Shown piece after piece: positions 11,279-23,790 of a stretch of DNA of 64,000 nucleotides. Source of the DNA: Minutocellus sp. GHC0000111 (Eukaryota); contig OZ361259.1 in NCBI GenBank assembly GCA_977018835.1, positions 3,162,001 through 3,226,000 on the forward strand, written 5' to 3'. How positions within the stretch are numbered: the first letter of the stretch is position 1; every line of letters starts with the position of its first letter. Position numbers and translations under genes: made by a program. The notes under the pieces were generated by a model that saw nothing but the letters and a program-made list of their open reading frames with translations, searched no databases and was not told where the DNA came from.

Positions 11279-13376
11279 ATGCGCCCGCTTCAGCCGTCAC
11301 CCAACACAAACAAGCAGGGAGTATTGCTCCGAGCGGTTCTCTTCCTGATCGCTTTGCACGTGGCCTGGACGGTCGGTTGTGCCTGGATCGAGGTGCACTC
11401 CAACAGCGGTGACATCAATGTGGCAGGGTCTGACAATCATCGGTCGGCGCTTCGAGCACGTGCGGAGTGGTTGCTTAAACATGAGGAACGGGAGGAAGGC
11501 GAGCAAGAGGACAGCGGCGCTGCAGCAGCAACCGGCATTGGAAGCAATGCCGAGGGCGAACAACAACGAGAAGCAGATGGCGCTGAAATATCGACAAAAT
11601 GGTCATTTGACCCCTCAAATATTCGTGCCGTACAGTCGGCCTTGCTAAAAACAACCGGTCGAAAGTCTCTGCCTCTTCGAGCGTATGCCGAGCCACCCCT
11701 GCCACCTCAACCAACCTACATGTCAGGAAATGCGACCAAACAACAACGACCTCGATTAGCGGTTCGAACTCATTCTCCAGACGATCTCACCATGTACGAA
11801 TATCCGAAAATCCAAAGCTGCTCGGACATACCCAAATTTATTCCCACCGGCCATCCATCGTCGGAAGACGCCACATATGGTCCCAACACCTTCAATCAGC
11901 AGCCGTTGTATCCGCTCCGGCACGACTATGCCAAGGACCAGTGTCCGGTCGACGCCAATCCCTTCTTGCCATGGGTGCACGACATGTTCCCCTCGCACGA
12001 TGGGCGGTACATTGAGTTTGTCGCGCATAACAAGCGACGGTGCAACACCGACCCCAGGGTTTTTTGGGATGACATTGTCAATTTGGAGGCTCAGGTGGCC
12101 ATTATGCAATCTGTTCCGGTGAGGCGATTGGACGGAGGTGATGAGGAGGCGAGGAGATTGCAGCCCCAAATGTGGATGTCCGACAGTGAAGGTGAATTGA
12201 AGGAGCAGTCTAGCGCAGGAGCTCCAATTCATCGATATCGGCTAGCATCGCACGAGGAGGCCGACAAGGATGGCATAGAAACGCGATTTTTATGTCGTTT
12301 TCACACTTTGAGAGTTGGCGAGTCCAAGGAGAAGTCTGGAGCACCGCAGTTAGACGACGTTATACTTGGCGAGACTCTAAGCGTTGCGCCCTACAACTAC
12401 GAACTTCTCAACTATCGCAAACCTGGGAGCCAGCCGATGCTGACCCGACCTGAAAGTCCGACGGCCAAGGGCGGATCTGGCACAGCCCCGCATAACTCTG
12501 CAGTATGGAATGCAATGCATCACTTTCGTTGTCCGGTACCAGAAGATCTGATAGACGTGGTCAAGAATGGATCGAGCGTCTTAGATAACATTCCATCCAT
12601 TTATGTGGACGTAGCTCCGATCCGAACTTATCCTCGAGATACACGGGAGGGCTACATCAGGGGAGTGGCACCTGAAGCGGCAGAAAGATTTGAACCCGAC
12701 TTGGAGTGGGGTTTGGATCATGTACTGCCCAGAGTCGAAGCAAGTGGTAGGTGGGCAAACTTTCCAATTTGTCGACCGCCGATCATGGACGCAAAGGAGG
12801 TAAATGCTGACATAGAGCCAAACAAAGGCAAGGAGGTCAAGGATAAGGACTATCTCGTCGGCTGTACATGGGCCTCGGCAGCCTATACAACGAGAGGCGA
12901 TGATAATCTCGACACGTCGACGTCCGAGCGAATGTTGGAGTGGTTGACTTATAATCTCGAGGTGGCGGGATTCGATCATATTTACATCTTTGACAACACC
13001 GCCGCCTATACCGACACGACGTCACTTTGTTCATTATCCAATGGCAACCGTGCGTATCAATGAGCACCCCGATGAGACGAGTCCAAGGTTCAAAGCCAAG
13101 CATCCTTACGAACGTCGTGTGAACGAACTCACAGAAGGTTTTATGCTGCACACCAAGAGTACAATGCCCCACCATACTGTTGGGTGGTATAGCAAGTGTG
13201 TAGCATCGGCAGATAAATGTCCCGTAGGTGTGCCTCATCCTCTCGTTAGCAATGGAAGTGCTGTGGACAAACGAATCGGGGCCCAGCTCAAGCCCAACTG
13301 CTACCGAAATGGGCGAATAGTGAATGAGATTGGCCCAAGGTTGAGAGATGCTCTACTAGCGATGCGTAAGGAGTAA
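11279..13376 (+). pseudogene. Glycosyltransferase family 92-like type II membrane protein with an internal deletion
   Basis: N-terminal anchor. The GT92-type start (RMLEWLTYNLEVAGFDHIYIFDNT) is cut at ~13025 and joined out of frame to a C-terminal-like segment HFVHYPMAT...VNELTEGFMLHTK...NCY...GPRL that ends at 13376. Confidence 0.65.
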
Positions 13377-13419
13377 TAGCAATCTCTTACAAAATTATAC
13401 TTATGCTCTATTTGTACAG

Positions 13420-14169
13420 TCATATATCTACAATCAGAACTGCAATCAATACTGCTCCGACCAACATCCACGCTAATATGGCATCCTTGTTCACTCCGGC
13501 ACGATCGTAAACCGTGGAGAAGTACGAAAGATGGATGTTGGAAAGCAACGATGGCACGATCGGCATTCCCAAGGATCTCGTTGGTGAAATCTCCAATGCT
13601 ATACTGCCGATGAAGACGGCATATCCCACGACATTCTGTCCCAGCACCCTCAACAGACATTCCGCAGATGGATGCGCCGGCACGTCGATGTGCGAACCCC
13701 AATCCCTCGCCGCCTCTTGCGGCGCCAGCGCCAGCTTGGTGCCCGACAGAATTCCAAACAGTGCAAATATCTTGGCAAGTACCGATGAATGGTTGGATTC
13801 GGAGAGTATCGCCATCATTACCACCAGCTTGATGGTGAGGCTGATCCACTGTCCGGCCGCCGGCATGTCGGTCATGAGGGCCTTGGCATTGTGGTAGATG
13901 GTGGCGACCAGGCTCAGCCCGATGGCTTGGAGTGGGTACTCATCAAAACTCCGAAAGAAGATGAGATACATTGCTACGGCCCAGGATAGAGTGACGGTCC
14001 CGGTCCCCTCGCTGATGAACTCGCAGATGTAGCCCAGCATTGGGCTAACCTTCTTGGTCATGACGTAGGATTGGATGCAGTTCGATGGTGCCAGAGTTTG
14101 CCATGTTGATTGGAAGAGTAGGAGGATGGTGGCCAGCCTGGCGGCCGATTCGCTGATGCCGTCGATCAT
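13420..14169 (-). CDS. Uncharacterised multi-pass membrane protein with two internal repeats
   Basis: Hydrophobic ORF from MIDGISES; the two halves are similar (TLAP..CIQSY / ALAPQEAARDWG; QAIGLSLV / RSLGMPIV). Confidence 0.55.
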   Translation of the reverse strand: MIDGISESAARLATILLLFQSTWQTLAPSNCIQSYVMTKKVSPMLGYICEFISEGTGTVTLSWAVAMYLIFFRSFDEYPLQAIGLSLVATIYHNAKALMTDMPAAGQWISLTIKLVVMMAILSESNHSSVLAKIFALFGILSGTKLALAPQEAARDWGSHIDVPAHPSAECLLRVLGQNVVGYAVFIGSIALEISPTRSLGMPIVPSLLSNIHLSYFSTVYDRAGVNKDAILAWMLVGAVLIAVLIVDI

Positions 14170-14560
14170 GGTTCCAGTTGATTCGATTCGATTCAGCGTT
14201 GCTCTTTGAGTTGTAAGCACGCGGGCAGTCGAAAAAGTTCCTGGCGAGCAATCGTCGAAAACTGCATGAATTTTGTTGTGCATGAAAATCACAGCGATTT
14301 GCAGTTTGGCGTTTGCGCGTAAAAAGCCGTTCAAGCAGCGAACACATGCAGGCACTCCAAGTCGCACCTCAAATTATCGCATAACCCCGAATCTCGCTTA
14401 GGAATTTCGATGGAATTAGCATTTTGAACGGTCATCATCGGCCAACATCATTCAACACGACCGGCCACCTACCGGCCACGCGCTCTCGGGGGAAGAAATA
14501 CGAGGCGTCCAGTGGCAAGTTGGAGAAGACATCCTCTTCAGGGAACGAAACACACCAGCA

Positions 14561-16840
14561 ATGCGCCTTAGAATACCCCGCGCCAGCCTCCTCTTGGTGG
14601 CCTCGGCCGCGGTGCTAATTGGCAGCACGTCATGCGCTGCTTCCTCGGCCACTACTGCCAGCACAGGAAAGAATGAGGTGGAAAGTTCTGGAAGTGTTGC
14701 CACCGATGCAGCATCGTCGGCATCGCTCCTTCGCGGTGCCGACTCCATCGCCTCCCAATCAACTACTCTCACCCGCATATCCGTTCGCGGAGAAACGAAC
14801 GAATCTAGCAGCCAAAGACAGCTCGGTTCGTCGTTCGGTCAAACCGGCGGCTCGATTGCCTCGGTCATTCAGGGTCTGCTCTCCGTGCTGGACAAGACGG
14901 AGGTCGATTCCGGCAACGGCTGCACGCCTTCGAGGCCGTGCCGGCTGTGCGAGGGCGATTGCGACACCGACGACGACGTGAGTAGTTGTTATTTTGGTTT
15001 CGAGCATTAGATGAATGCGATCGGTTGTGCTGTTTTTATCGTGCCGGGCTCTTTTCTTTTGCTCTCTCTCCAATGCTTCAAGTGTTCTTTTTCACAATTA
15101 TATATCTCACTCACGCCCGTTGGACCATCTTTCACAACCCCGCGATATGCACGCACGCAGTGCGGCGGAGTCATGCGGTGCTACCAGCGGGAGTATCCCT
15201 TCACAGCCGTGCCGGGCTGCACCGGGGCCGAATGGCGGGACGACACCACCGACTTTTGCTACATGCCCCCGGAGGACGCCGGACCACCCCTAGAGGAAAA
15301 CGACTGCGAGGACCTGGGAAGCGGATCCTGTGGAATGTGCCAGGGAGATTGCGATTCCGATCGGGACTGCGCCGGTAATTTGCAGTGTTATCAGCGCAAC
15401 TACGAGCTGACGGCCGTGCCGGGTTGCTACGGTGGAGAGTTGCTTTATAACAGAGAAGACTTTTGCTACCTGCCCCCGCCCCCGGCCAAGAATGAGATTT
15501 TCTTACCGGATAATGGATGTTCGACCAACCGACCCTGCGCCAAGTGCCGCGGCGAATGCGACAATGACGATCACTGCGAGGGCAACCTGCGGTGCATGGC
15601 CCGGCCCAACCGCTACCAATCCGTGCCGGGATGTTCAGGGGGGGACTTTTTGGAGGACACCGTCAGCATATGCTACGACCCTAGAGACGACAACAAGGTC
15701 CAAGACCAGGGAGATTGCACCGCCAACGACCCCTGCGGTTGGTGCGCCGGAGATTGCGACACGGACGACGACTGTGCTCCGGGGCTCATCTGTTACCAGC
15801 GCGCTCTGCCCTATGAGGATGTGCCGGGATGCAAGGGTGGCATGGACGACAAAAGCTTGGCCGACTACTGCGTCAACCCGGCCGATGTCGATGCCGCCGT
15901 GTCCACCATGCCCGCCATGCTTGGACGAAACAACAATGCCGACGATTACGACGACTTTGTCACGTACAACTTTGACCTCAGGGACACGGACCGGGGTCCG
16001 ATCGGGTGGGAGGATTTGGACGCCTCGGACAATGAGTGGCAAACGTACGGGGCACCGAGTACCAGCTCCAACGAATGCGATGGCGATGCGCAAAGTCCCA
16101 TCGATCTCACCTTCGCCAATGACATTTGCGAGGAGACGCATCACATCTACTACTTCCCCGGGGACATCGACCAGTACAATGCCGCCGGTGCCATTGAGTA
16201 TGCCATAGATCCCTTCCGTCTGCGGATCAACTTTGACAAGGAGTTCGATGGATTCATCCCTCCCGGCATTGATCCCCCCGGTGGTATTGCCGGTGGCATC
16301 ACCCAGAAGGATGCCAGCCACGCCGAGCTCCTCATGCCGTCGGAGCATGCCATCGGCGGACGCAAGTTCGAGGCCGAGTATCGCATCTTCCACGCCGAGG
16401 ACGACTACGACACCATCATCGGAGTGGCGGTAATGATCAGCACCGACACCGACACGCACAATCCCTTTATGGAGGTTTTGCTGCAAAAGTGGGAGAAGGT
16501 CACCGAATGTGGCAACGGCCGGGGCTACATCGACCAGAACATGGGCTTCAAGGAGATTTACAACATGATCCGATCGATGTACTTCTGGGCCTACGAGGGC
16601 AGCCTCACGACGCCGCCGTGCTCCGAGATTGTGCAGTGGAGGGTCATCGATACGGCCGTCCAAATTAGCAAGGACCAGCTGGAGCGATTGAGAGTATTGC
16701 TGAGGGAGGGTGGGCCGTGTGGCAACCATCCGCAACGGCGGACTCTCGGCCCCAACGGTGGCACCCGTCCGCTGCAGAGAGACTCGTCCAACAGCCGAGT
16801 CTGGAGGTGTACATCAGATGATTACATGTGGAGAGAGTAG
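14561..16840 (+). CDS. Secreted protein: four frustulin-type acidic Cys-rich repeats plus an alpha-carbonic anhydrase-like domain
   Basis: Signal peptide; intron 14978-15160 (GTGAGT...CGCAG) joins CDTDDD|CGG in frame. Repeats CEGDCD, CQGDCD, CRGECD, CAGDCD; alpha-CA motifs QSPIDL, PSEH, YEGSLTTPPCSEIVQW, RPLQ. Confidence 0.85.
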
Positions 16841-17496
16841 ATGGAAGGGTAAGAATGTGTAAGACTAAGGATGGTTTGACAATGGCAGGATTTGAACGCT
16901 TCGGGCATTAACAACAAGCCATCAATAATACATATATAACTTAATTTCTTAGAGGGCAATCACTGGATTAAGTCCATTGTAATATTGTATGGGTGTGCTT
17001 TAGTGCACTATTATCTCTAGTGGCAGTGTCGCGGTGGTCTTTTTCCACCAAGTGCCACATGGGGCTTCAAAATCTATTTGAACCTCAAGTTACTCAAGTG
17101 CAAATTACCGAGAAGCCACACACGTATCCTCCATTTTCACAGAATTGTTTCGTCTTCCATTCTTCCTCTTGGGATGTAAATCAAAAAGCATGTGGCTTCC
17201 AATCGGACCTTGCGCTTCCCTCTCCCCGGTCTTTCTTTGGGAAAGGCCACTACTAGCTCTACATCCACATATCTTGGGAAGAAGGACTTGGCGATAGTCA
17301 CTCCTGTCTTAGCTAGCTACGTTGCATGGGAGTCAAATACAACACAATCGATTGGTTTTCCTAACTAAAAAGCTAATGTTACATTGGTCCGTCGTCTTTC
17401 CAAACGCATTAACCATTCGCAATGGTACAGATGTTGCATGGCATAATTTGTGTACAATTTGTGTCTTCATCTACTCTAGACTAGCTAGGCCACCTG

Positions 17497-17740
17497 CTAA
17501 TACCGATACGGCTGGACAAAGTAAACGGCACCGTTGCTGTCGACCCACTCGATGTTGGGGTCGCTGCTGAGATCGGCAATGGCGTCCAGGGGGAGCGTCA
17601 CGTTCAGTATCGACGTCAACGCGCCAAAGTCGTGATGGACGGCGGTCGATGCGGCCAGTATGGCCGCCCGGCCGGACTGGTTCTTGTATTTGATGTTGGC
17701 GGTGGCGACTTGCTTCTTGACGGTGTTGGCGCCGCCTAGC
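17497..17740 (-). pseudogene. Subtilase I9-propeptide-like fragment with no protease domain
   Basis: IKYKNQSGRAAILAASTAVHHDFGALTSILNVTLPLDAIADLSSDPNIEWVD resembles S8 prodomains; a stop follows immediately. Confidence 0.4.
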
Positions 17741-18464
17741 TGTGCTTCAATTGGTGATTGTTTGCTAGTTTCGCTCTCTAGTGACGGAGTTGGTTTCAAC
17801 GCGATAGTTTCTTTTCGAGTAGTGTTGCAACAAGATGCGTTGGCCCCGATAGGTGGGCTGAAGGCCCCGTTGGTGTTGGTGTCAACCGTTGCTCCGTTGG
17901 GTTCCGGAACCTCGCCTTTCGACTGCATTCGGGCGATCAAGTCGATCCTTCGGCCCGATCCAGATTGAGGGTGCTCGTCGCTGCTTGCTCCCACGGTGCC
18001 ATGGTTTCGGTTGATGCGCCGGTCATGGTTTCCTCGGTTGGATATTAGTTTGAGTAGTGGAGTAGTAGGTGGCGTCCTTTCTTGAGGCTTTGGTGGGATA
18101 TCTTCATCTAATCTTCATCTAATCTTATTAACACCCTTCACATTGACTTTCTGTATTCACCAATATTGGCAAATTCTTCCTTAAAATACACAAAATGACA
18201 AAAAGAAACGAAGGATAGAAGTGTCATTAGCCTGATTTGTGCACAAATTCAAGTGATTCAAAATGACGCCACTGACAACTTCAAGTACGTACGTCGTGCT
18301 GTGTTGCCAGCTGCTTGTGGTTCGGCATGTGGTGGCGGGAGCAGAAAGCCGGAACCACTCGAAAGCTCCGCTTTTGCTGCTACCTATTCTGTATCGCCTC
18401 TTTGATCCTTTTCATTTGTTTCCCTTGTGTTTTCACTTATTTTTGACCTTAAATGTGTTTTTGA

Positions 18465-19530
18465 GTGGCGATAAATGGAGCTGGTCCCGCCATCTGCTCG
18501 CGACACAAGCTGGTTCCTCCGACACCCTCCTTTCTGTTCGATGACGACGCCAACGACGACCAGATTATTTTACTGTGCAAGGAGAAGGATGTGCCGCCCA
18601 CAATCTCAGTAGAAAAGAGCCCACATATGCCAGCAATGACAAGCGCCCAATCACCACCATGGATTCCCAATCAAGACATGTTCCCCGCTGATTCCATTGT
18701 AAATGGCAAGATGGATTCTGCCGAGGCGTCACCGAGCAATGTACTTTCGCACGCCCTTGACATCGTCGAAATCTCCTGCGGCGGCGCCGACAATGAGAAG
18801 CAAGCGTCATCTACTGCTGCATCTGGCAGGCCAAGGCGGTCCTCGCCGCCCCTGACGGCCAGGAAAACCGGTTCCATCAACGCTGCAAATGCCACGTCGT
18901 CCTTCCCTGCAAAAGTAGTGGCACATCATCATGCGTCCATTACCAAATCGACCGTTCAGATGAGTAACATTGGCACACATGCACCCAACCAGACCAGGCC
19001 CAAGCTTGTGCGGCTCAATTCCACCGACTCTTGTTCTACAACCACGACCGTCTCGACGTCCGCGAGCTTTGTGTCGTCTTCTTCCTCTTCTGTGATTTCT
19101 TCCACGGCATCCAGTCCGGCGAATTCTCCCATCGCATCGCCCAAGCGCAGCATCTTCGGCGACCGGGCCATGGAGACGGCCAAGCGGTCGTCGCTGCCCG
19201 ATCTGCCCAGCGTCGCCGCCACCCTCATCACCGAATCCAACTACACTTACACGGACTACCACCGCGTCCATCACGTTCGCAAGACGTCGTCCACGGACCA
19301 TCTGGTCCGGGTCCGCAAGTCGTGTCTGCGGCGGGTGTCGCTCTATTCCTCCTCCTCAGGCCCAGGAGGATCGGCGATGCGGAAGAGCGCCAGCACCATC
19401 TCCACGACCAACGCCGTCACCACTGCCAAGACGCCCAACCTCAAGCCGAGGCCGAGGGCCAGCACCCTTCCGCAGCCCGTCGTCCAATTCGATCCCGAGG
19501 TAAGGGTGTACGAGTTTCACCGGCGGCCGA
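18465..19530 (+). CDS. Ser-rich hypothetical protein, probably 3'-truncated
   Basis: High-GC3 coding signal up to VVQFDPEVRVYEF, a possible RVxF-like motif. The ORF then runs into CA-repeat, non-coding-looking sequence. Confidence 0.45.
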
Positions 19531-20299
19531 GAATTCCCATCACCCAACAAGCTCCAACGATTGGAGCCACCTGTTTGCTTAATTTTGACCAGCCAACATC
19601 ACAATCACCACCACGAAAAGGACAAGCATCATCCACACGCGCACACGCACACACACACACATTCAACCACATCACTATTATACATATCAAGACGAACCAA
19701 ACCAACCAGCTATTGCAGACGAAGAAAGAACACCATCCGGCAAGTGCTTCGCTCTTTTACAATATCGGACTCTCTATTTCTTCCCCAATTTTGATTCGCT
19801 ACATTGTTTTATTTATTGTGCAAGGGGGAGAAAAGAAGAGAGATATACCGGTAGAGTGGAGCCAAGGCCTCTCTGAGCTACTATAGAGTGATTTGACGAG
19901 AGAGCAGACACCCCCTCCGCGATGTTTCGTAAACATTGTACCAACTTCCTTTTATTGATGATCCTTACTCAGAAGGGTATTGTAGACCATAATCAACAAT
20001 AAAAGGAAGTTGGTACAATGATCTTGGTGCTCTTTTAGCACATGATATAGATACGGTATTAGAGTGTTTCTTTTGGTACACTATTGTTTGAAAATTATTT
20101 TTATGTCGTAGAATACACTTGTGCTGTTTCAAGAGAAAGAAAAAATACATCAAACTTTATAACGAAACAAAACCCATTTCGTTCAACGAATGGGGCCACA
20201 ACATGTGTCGCCGACGTGCCTCCCATTGAGAACAATCAAGACTACGGGGCACCATACCCTTGTAATAGCCTTTCACAACACTGTGGTGCAGCAGGAGAC

Positions 20300-23200
20300 T
20301 TGCAATTACTTTTTTGAGCCTTGAAAAATTCGTTCGCGTTAGACCCGTTTTTTTCGACAGTTTCCGACGTTCCATCACGACCATGTTCGCCCGATGTACA
20401 GCACCACCCCGGCCATCGCATACACTCTGACCACCTAGATGCCTTCCTGAATATTACTGGAAGGGATTTTTGGGCGATAGCGGTGCGTCGGTGCGTGCCT
20501 GTACCGCGAAATGTGGCCCAGCGCCATTACCACCCCCATTACACCACCCATCCGAAAGTTGGTCCGGATGCTTTTATGCGGTCCATGCACCACTTCCGTT
20601 GCACTGAGCCGTCGACGCTTCACCCATATATATACCAAGCGCATTTGAGTGGGGGGTGGTGGCATTTCTTGACAATTCATAGAGAAAACTATTCCCAAAG
20701 TCCCGTGTCTGATGTCGGCACCAGATTTCACCTTCATTGCTTCTGCCGCCCGAGAGGAACGAAACCGGAGAAAGCGGCCAAACCAACACGTGAGATCGAT
20801 GGATGTAATATAGAATGAGCATCGTGCGTGCTGATATTGCGTGAAGGAACAGTGGTTGAGGCTTGAAGGGGGTTGTAGTTGGGGATTTGCTACTTTCAGA
20901 TGTTTTTGCTTTCCATGGTGACGGCCACAATGATACAAAGATGGGGCCCAATATCGACCCTCTGGCGCAAACTTGCTCCCAATATTATCCAAGTGAAAGT
21001 AATGCCGGTCAGGGAGGATTGAAATGGATGTAGACAAGCATCAGCCATCATTCTTTGCCATTTTGAGGGAAAAAAATATTGAAAATTTCTGGGCATGAGG
21101 AGATGTTGCTAAAATAGCACATGATGTATGAATGAGTTTGCTTTCAAGTATGCAATACTCACCTAACGCATGTAGTTGGCGTATACATCGGTTGGCTTGG
21201 AGTTATTTATCGTTATACCATCATTTGGTGGCCTTCTTGTGGAGATGAATTCTCCTTGCTTTCGCCGTGTTGAGAGAGGCCATTTAGTGGGTTCATTTTT
21301 GCGCTGCATAAAGTATCGCACAAAAAAATTTCCTAGTGCCTTACTATTTACGGCGATTTTGTCGGCGGTCTCGTGGAATCACTCTAGATCTAAATCTTTC
21401 AACGTGTCTGCTTTGCAGCAGGCCAATCGGAACATGCCCCATGGCAACAAGATGCATCTCAAGCAGGACGACGCTTGCTGCATGAGAACATCAACATTGA
21501 TATTGTCGCATCATCATCTCTTGCTTTAGCTAGATCTACCGGTGCAGGTCTCTCTGACCACGTGCCGGTGCGTGCTCTGACTCTGATGATTTTCTCCTCT
21601 AGCAATTTTGAGTCGAATGAGTCAAGCAAGGATCGAATCTACGGAGCTGCTGCAGAGCCTGTTCGGAGCAGCAGCAGCCCGTGGGACAAAACAAGTGCGG
21701 ACATGGGGATTACCACTCCCTTTTTAAAACCTCCTCAAATCTTGACATTTTGCGCCAGCATCGCCAACACATTTGATGACAAATTTAGGGTTGAAAAATC
21801 CATGCGAAAAAACACAGCCGCAGCAGCGCTCAACCCCGCGCCTTGCCATTCCGGAGTTGGTCCAGCTTTGCTGTAAGGTTGACAAAGAATCATGGTGGTC
21901 GTGATTAGCGCGACCTCACAGAACGCAATTTCTGGAGTTGTTCTGGACCGCTGAAAATTTTGCTGCATTCCTCACGATCATCTCGTGCGTGCAGCAAAAT
22001 CACATGCTAGTCTTCCGGTGTTATTTGTTGTTCGTGAGATGATGAAAGCCTGCTAAAAAGCATCCTTCGATTTTTTGATGCTGTGAAAATTGCAGTCGAT
22101 TGAGTCATTTTACTGTTCAGGACCAAACCCCTCATGCTTCCTTGCGACAACATCATTTGGTCCCGTGAATGTGCCTCTCTGCAATGATGACGGCCTCCGC
22201 TACGCCGCTGCAGGACAAGGTGTGTAACGAAACAGCATGGATTCGTGTTCTACTAGTCATGGGGAGCATGGAAATGCATCACATGCCAACATTTTCTTGA
22301 TTTTCACACATCATGTGCAGATTCTTTACCAACCAGCAGGTGAGCCGCTCGACCCAAAAACTGGACATTCGTCTTTCCGTCGTCCGTGTTTCCAACGCGG
22401 CGAAGTACGGGAAAAGTCGCAATTTCCTGCCGGACCAACTTTTCCCCCTGAAATATGGCAAAAAGACTTGATCGAGCCGGCCTGCCTCGCTTACGTCCCC
22501 ACTCTAGACACATTCAAGGTTGGGGACATCGAAGGTCCGGCTCGAAAATTCCGCACACAGGCTGAGCTATCGAGGGGGAAAAATCACGCACAAAAAACGA
22601 TGACGACGCACGAAAATTTGCTCTCATTGGCGGCCGATTCGGGGGCGGATACGAACAAAAACCACAACAATCAACCATACAAACATTTTCATACATATCT
22701 TGGGCGTGTGTCTCTGCATTTCTGGGTGGATTGGGCGGCTGTGGCTCTCACGGTATCACTTCTCATCCGCGGCCCTTTTTCGCGTACTCGAACACAGGTT
22801 GATTGTTTTGATTTATATTTTCTCATACAATAGCATGCCAATCAAGCTGAAACTTTCGCATGCGTAGCGCAATGGTATCGGCCAGCCTCGGGAATGCCCA
22901 TATCTTACCTTGCAAATGTGTAGCGGCCAGGAGCGGGGGTCACCATGATGAGCTTCGTTCGGGAGAAAAAATGGACGGACGTCGGTCTTTCCGTCGTCCG
23001 ACAACGCGAGCGAAGTTAGCAAAATCTCCAATGTCCTGAAGTGCCTCTCACCTAAAATGGGACCAACTCTCCAGAAAAATGCGCAAAAATGATGAAAAAT
23101 GGCCCCCACTCGAGCGCCGGCGGCAAGTGATGCAAACAACATCAGCGTTAACCGTTTTCAGGGATGATTGGAATGGATGTCTTCTGCGGAAGAATGGCAG

Positions 23201-23790
23201 TGATGTTTCAGTTTGGCGACATCTTGTCTGTGTCACACAAAGCAAAGTCGCCGATGCGTGAAGTGTGCCCGGGCCGTCGCACGATCTCGTGTTAGTTAAC
23301 GACGAGTGGAAAATGAAGGTGTTGCCGGATGAGAACCGGACTTGCCGCACAGGACATGTTGGTTCACTGTGTTTTTGAGAGATGTGCGGTGGCGGAACGG
23401 ATCACTCGCCACATATGGCCGCCACCGGCACCTCACGAGAGAGCAGCAACCATGCATGATGTGTGTGCGGAAAATGTCCGTCTGCGGAGGAAAAGTGACA
23501 ACAACATAAAACAATTTACCTGTTTCTGTGTTTCAATGCAACTTAAGAACACGCGACTACAAATCGAGGGAGTGATGTCTCGACGAGTGTGCCGACTCAG
23601 TGCAAAGCATGTTCATGGCGTTGTCAAGAAAAGGTTGGTTAAGGAACAACGCCATGAACGTGCTTTGCACTGCACATGCAACATGCGCATCTTGTGGTGT
23701 CTTTTCGGCCGCTAGCATTTTTGCTAACATAACTTCAAAACGCTTTGCCAATTCATTTTTTCATTGTCGCGAGCTGTTCTGACACTTCTT
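20300..23790. repeat. Degenerate TE-like non-coding tract with internal direct repeats
   Basis: No long ORF; partly TpA-poor and TG/CA-rich. Imperfect direct repeat aaaaa.tggac...gtctttccgtcgtccg...caacgcg.gcgaagt...ggaccaact at ~22355-22440 and ~22966-23068. Confidence 0.4.

Noticed and set aside
10461..20285. RSS-like CACAGTG plus A-run at 10461 and CACTGTG at 20279 as Transib TIRs
   Set aside because: Only the heptamer matches, the flanks give no TSD, and the pair would exclude the transposase.
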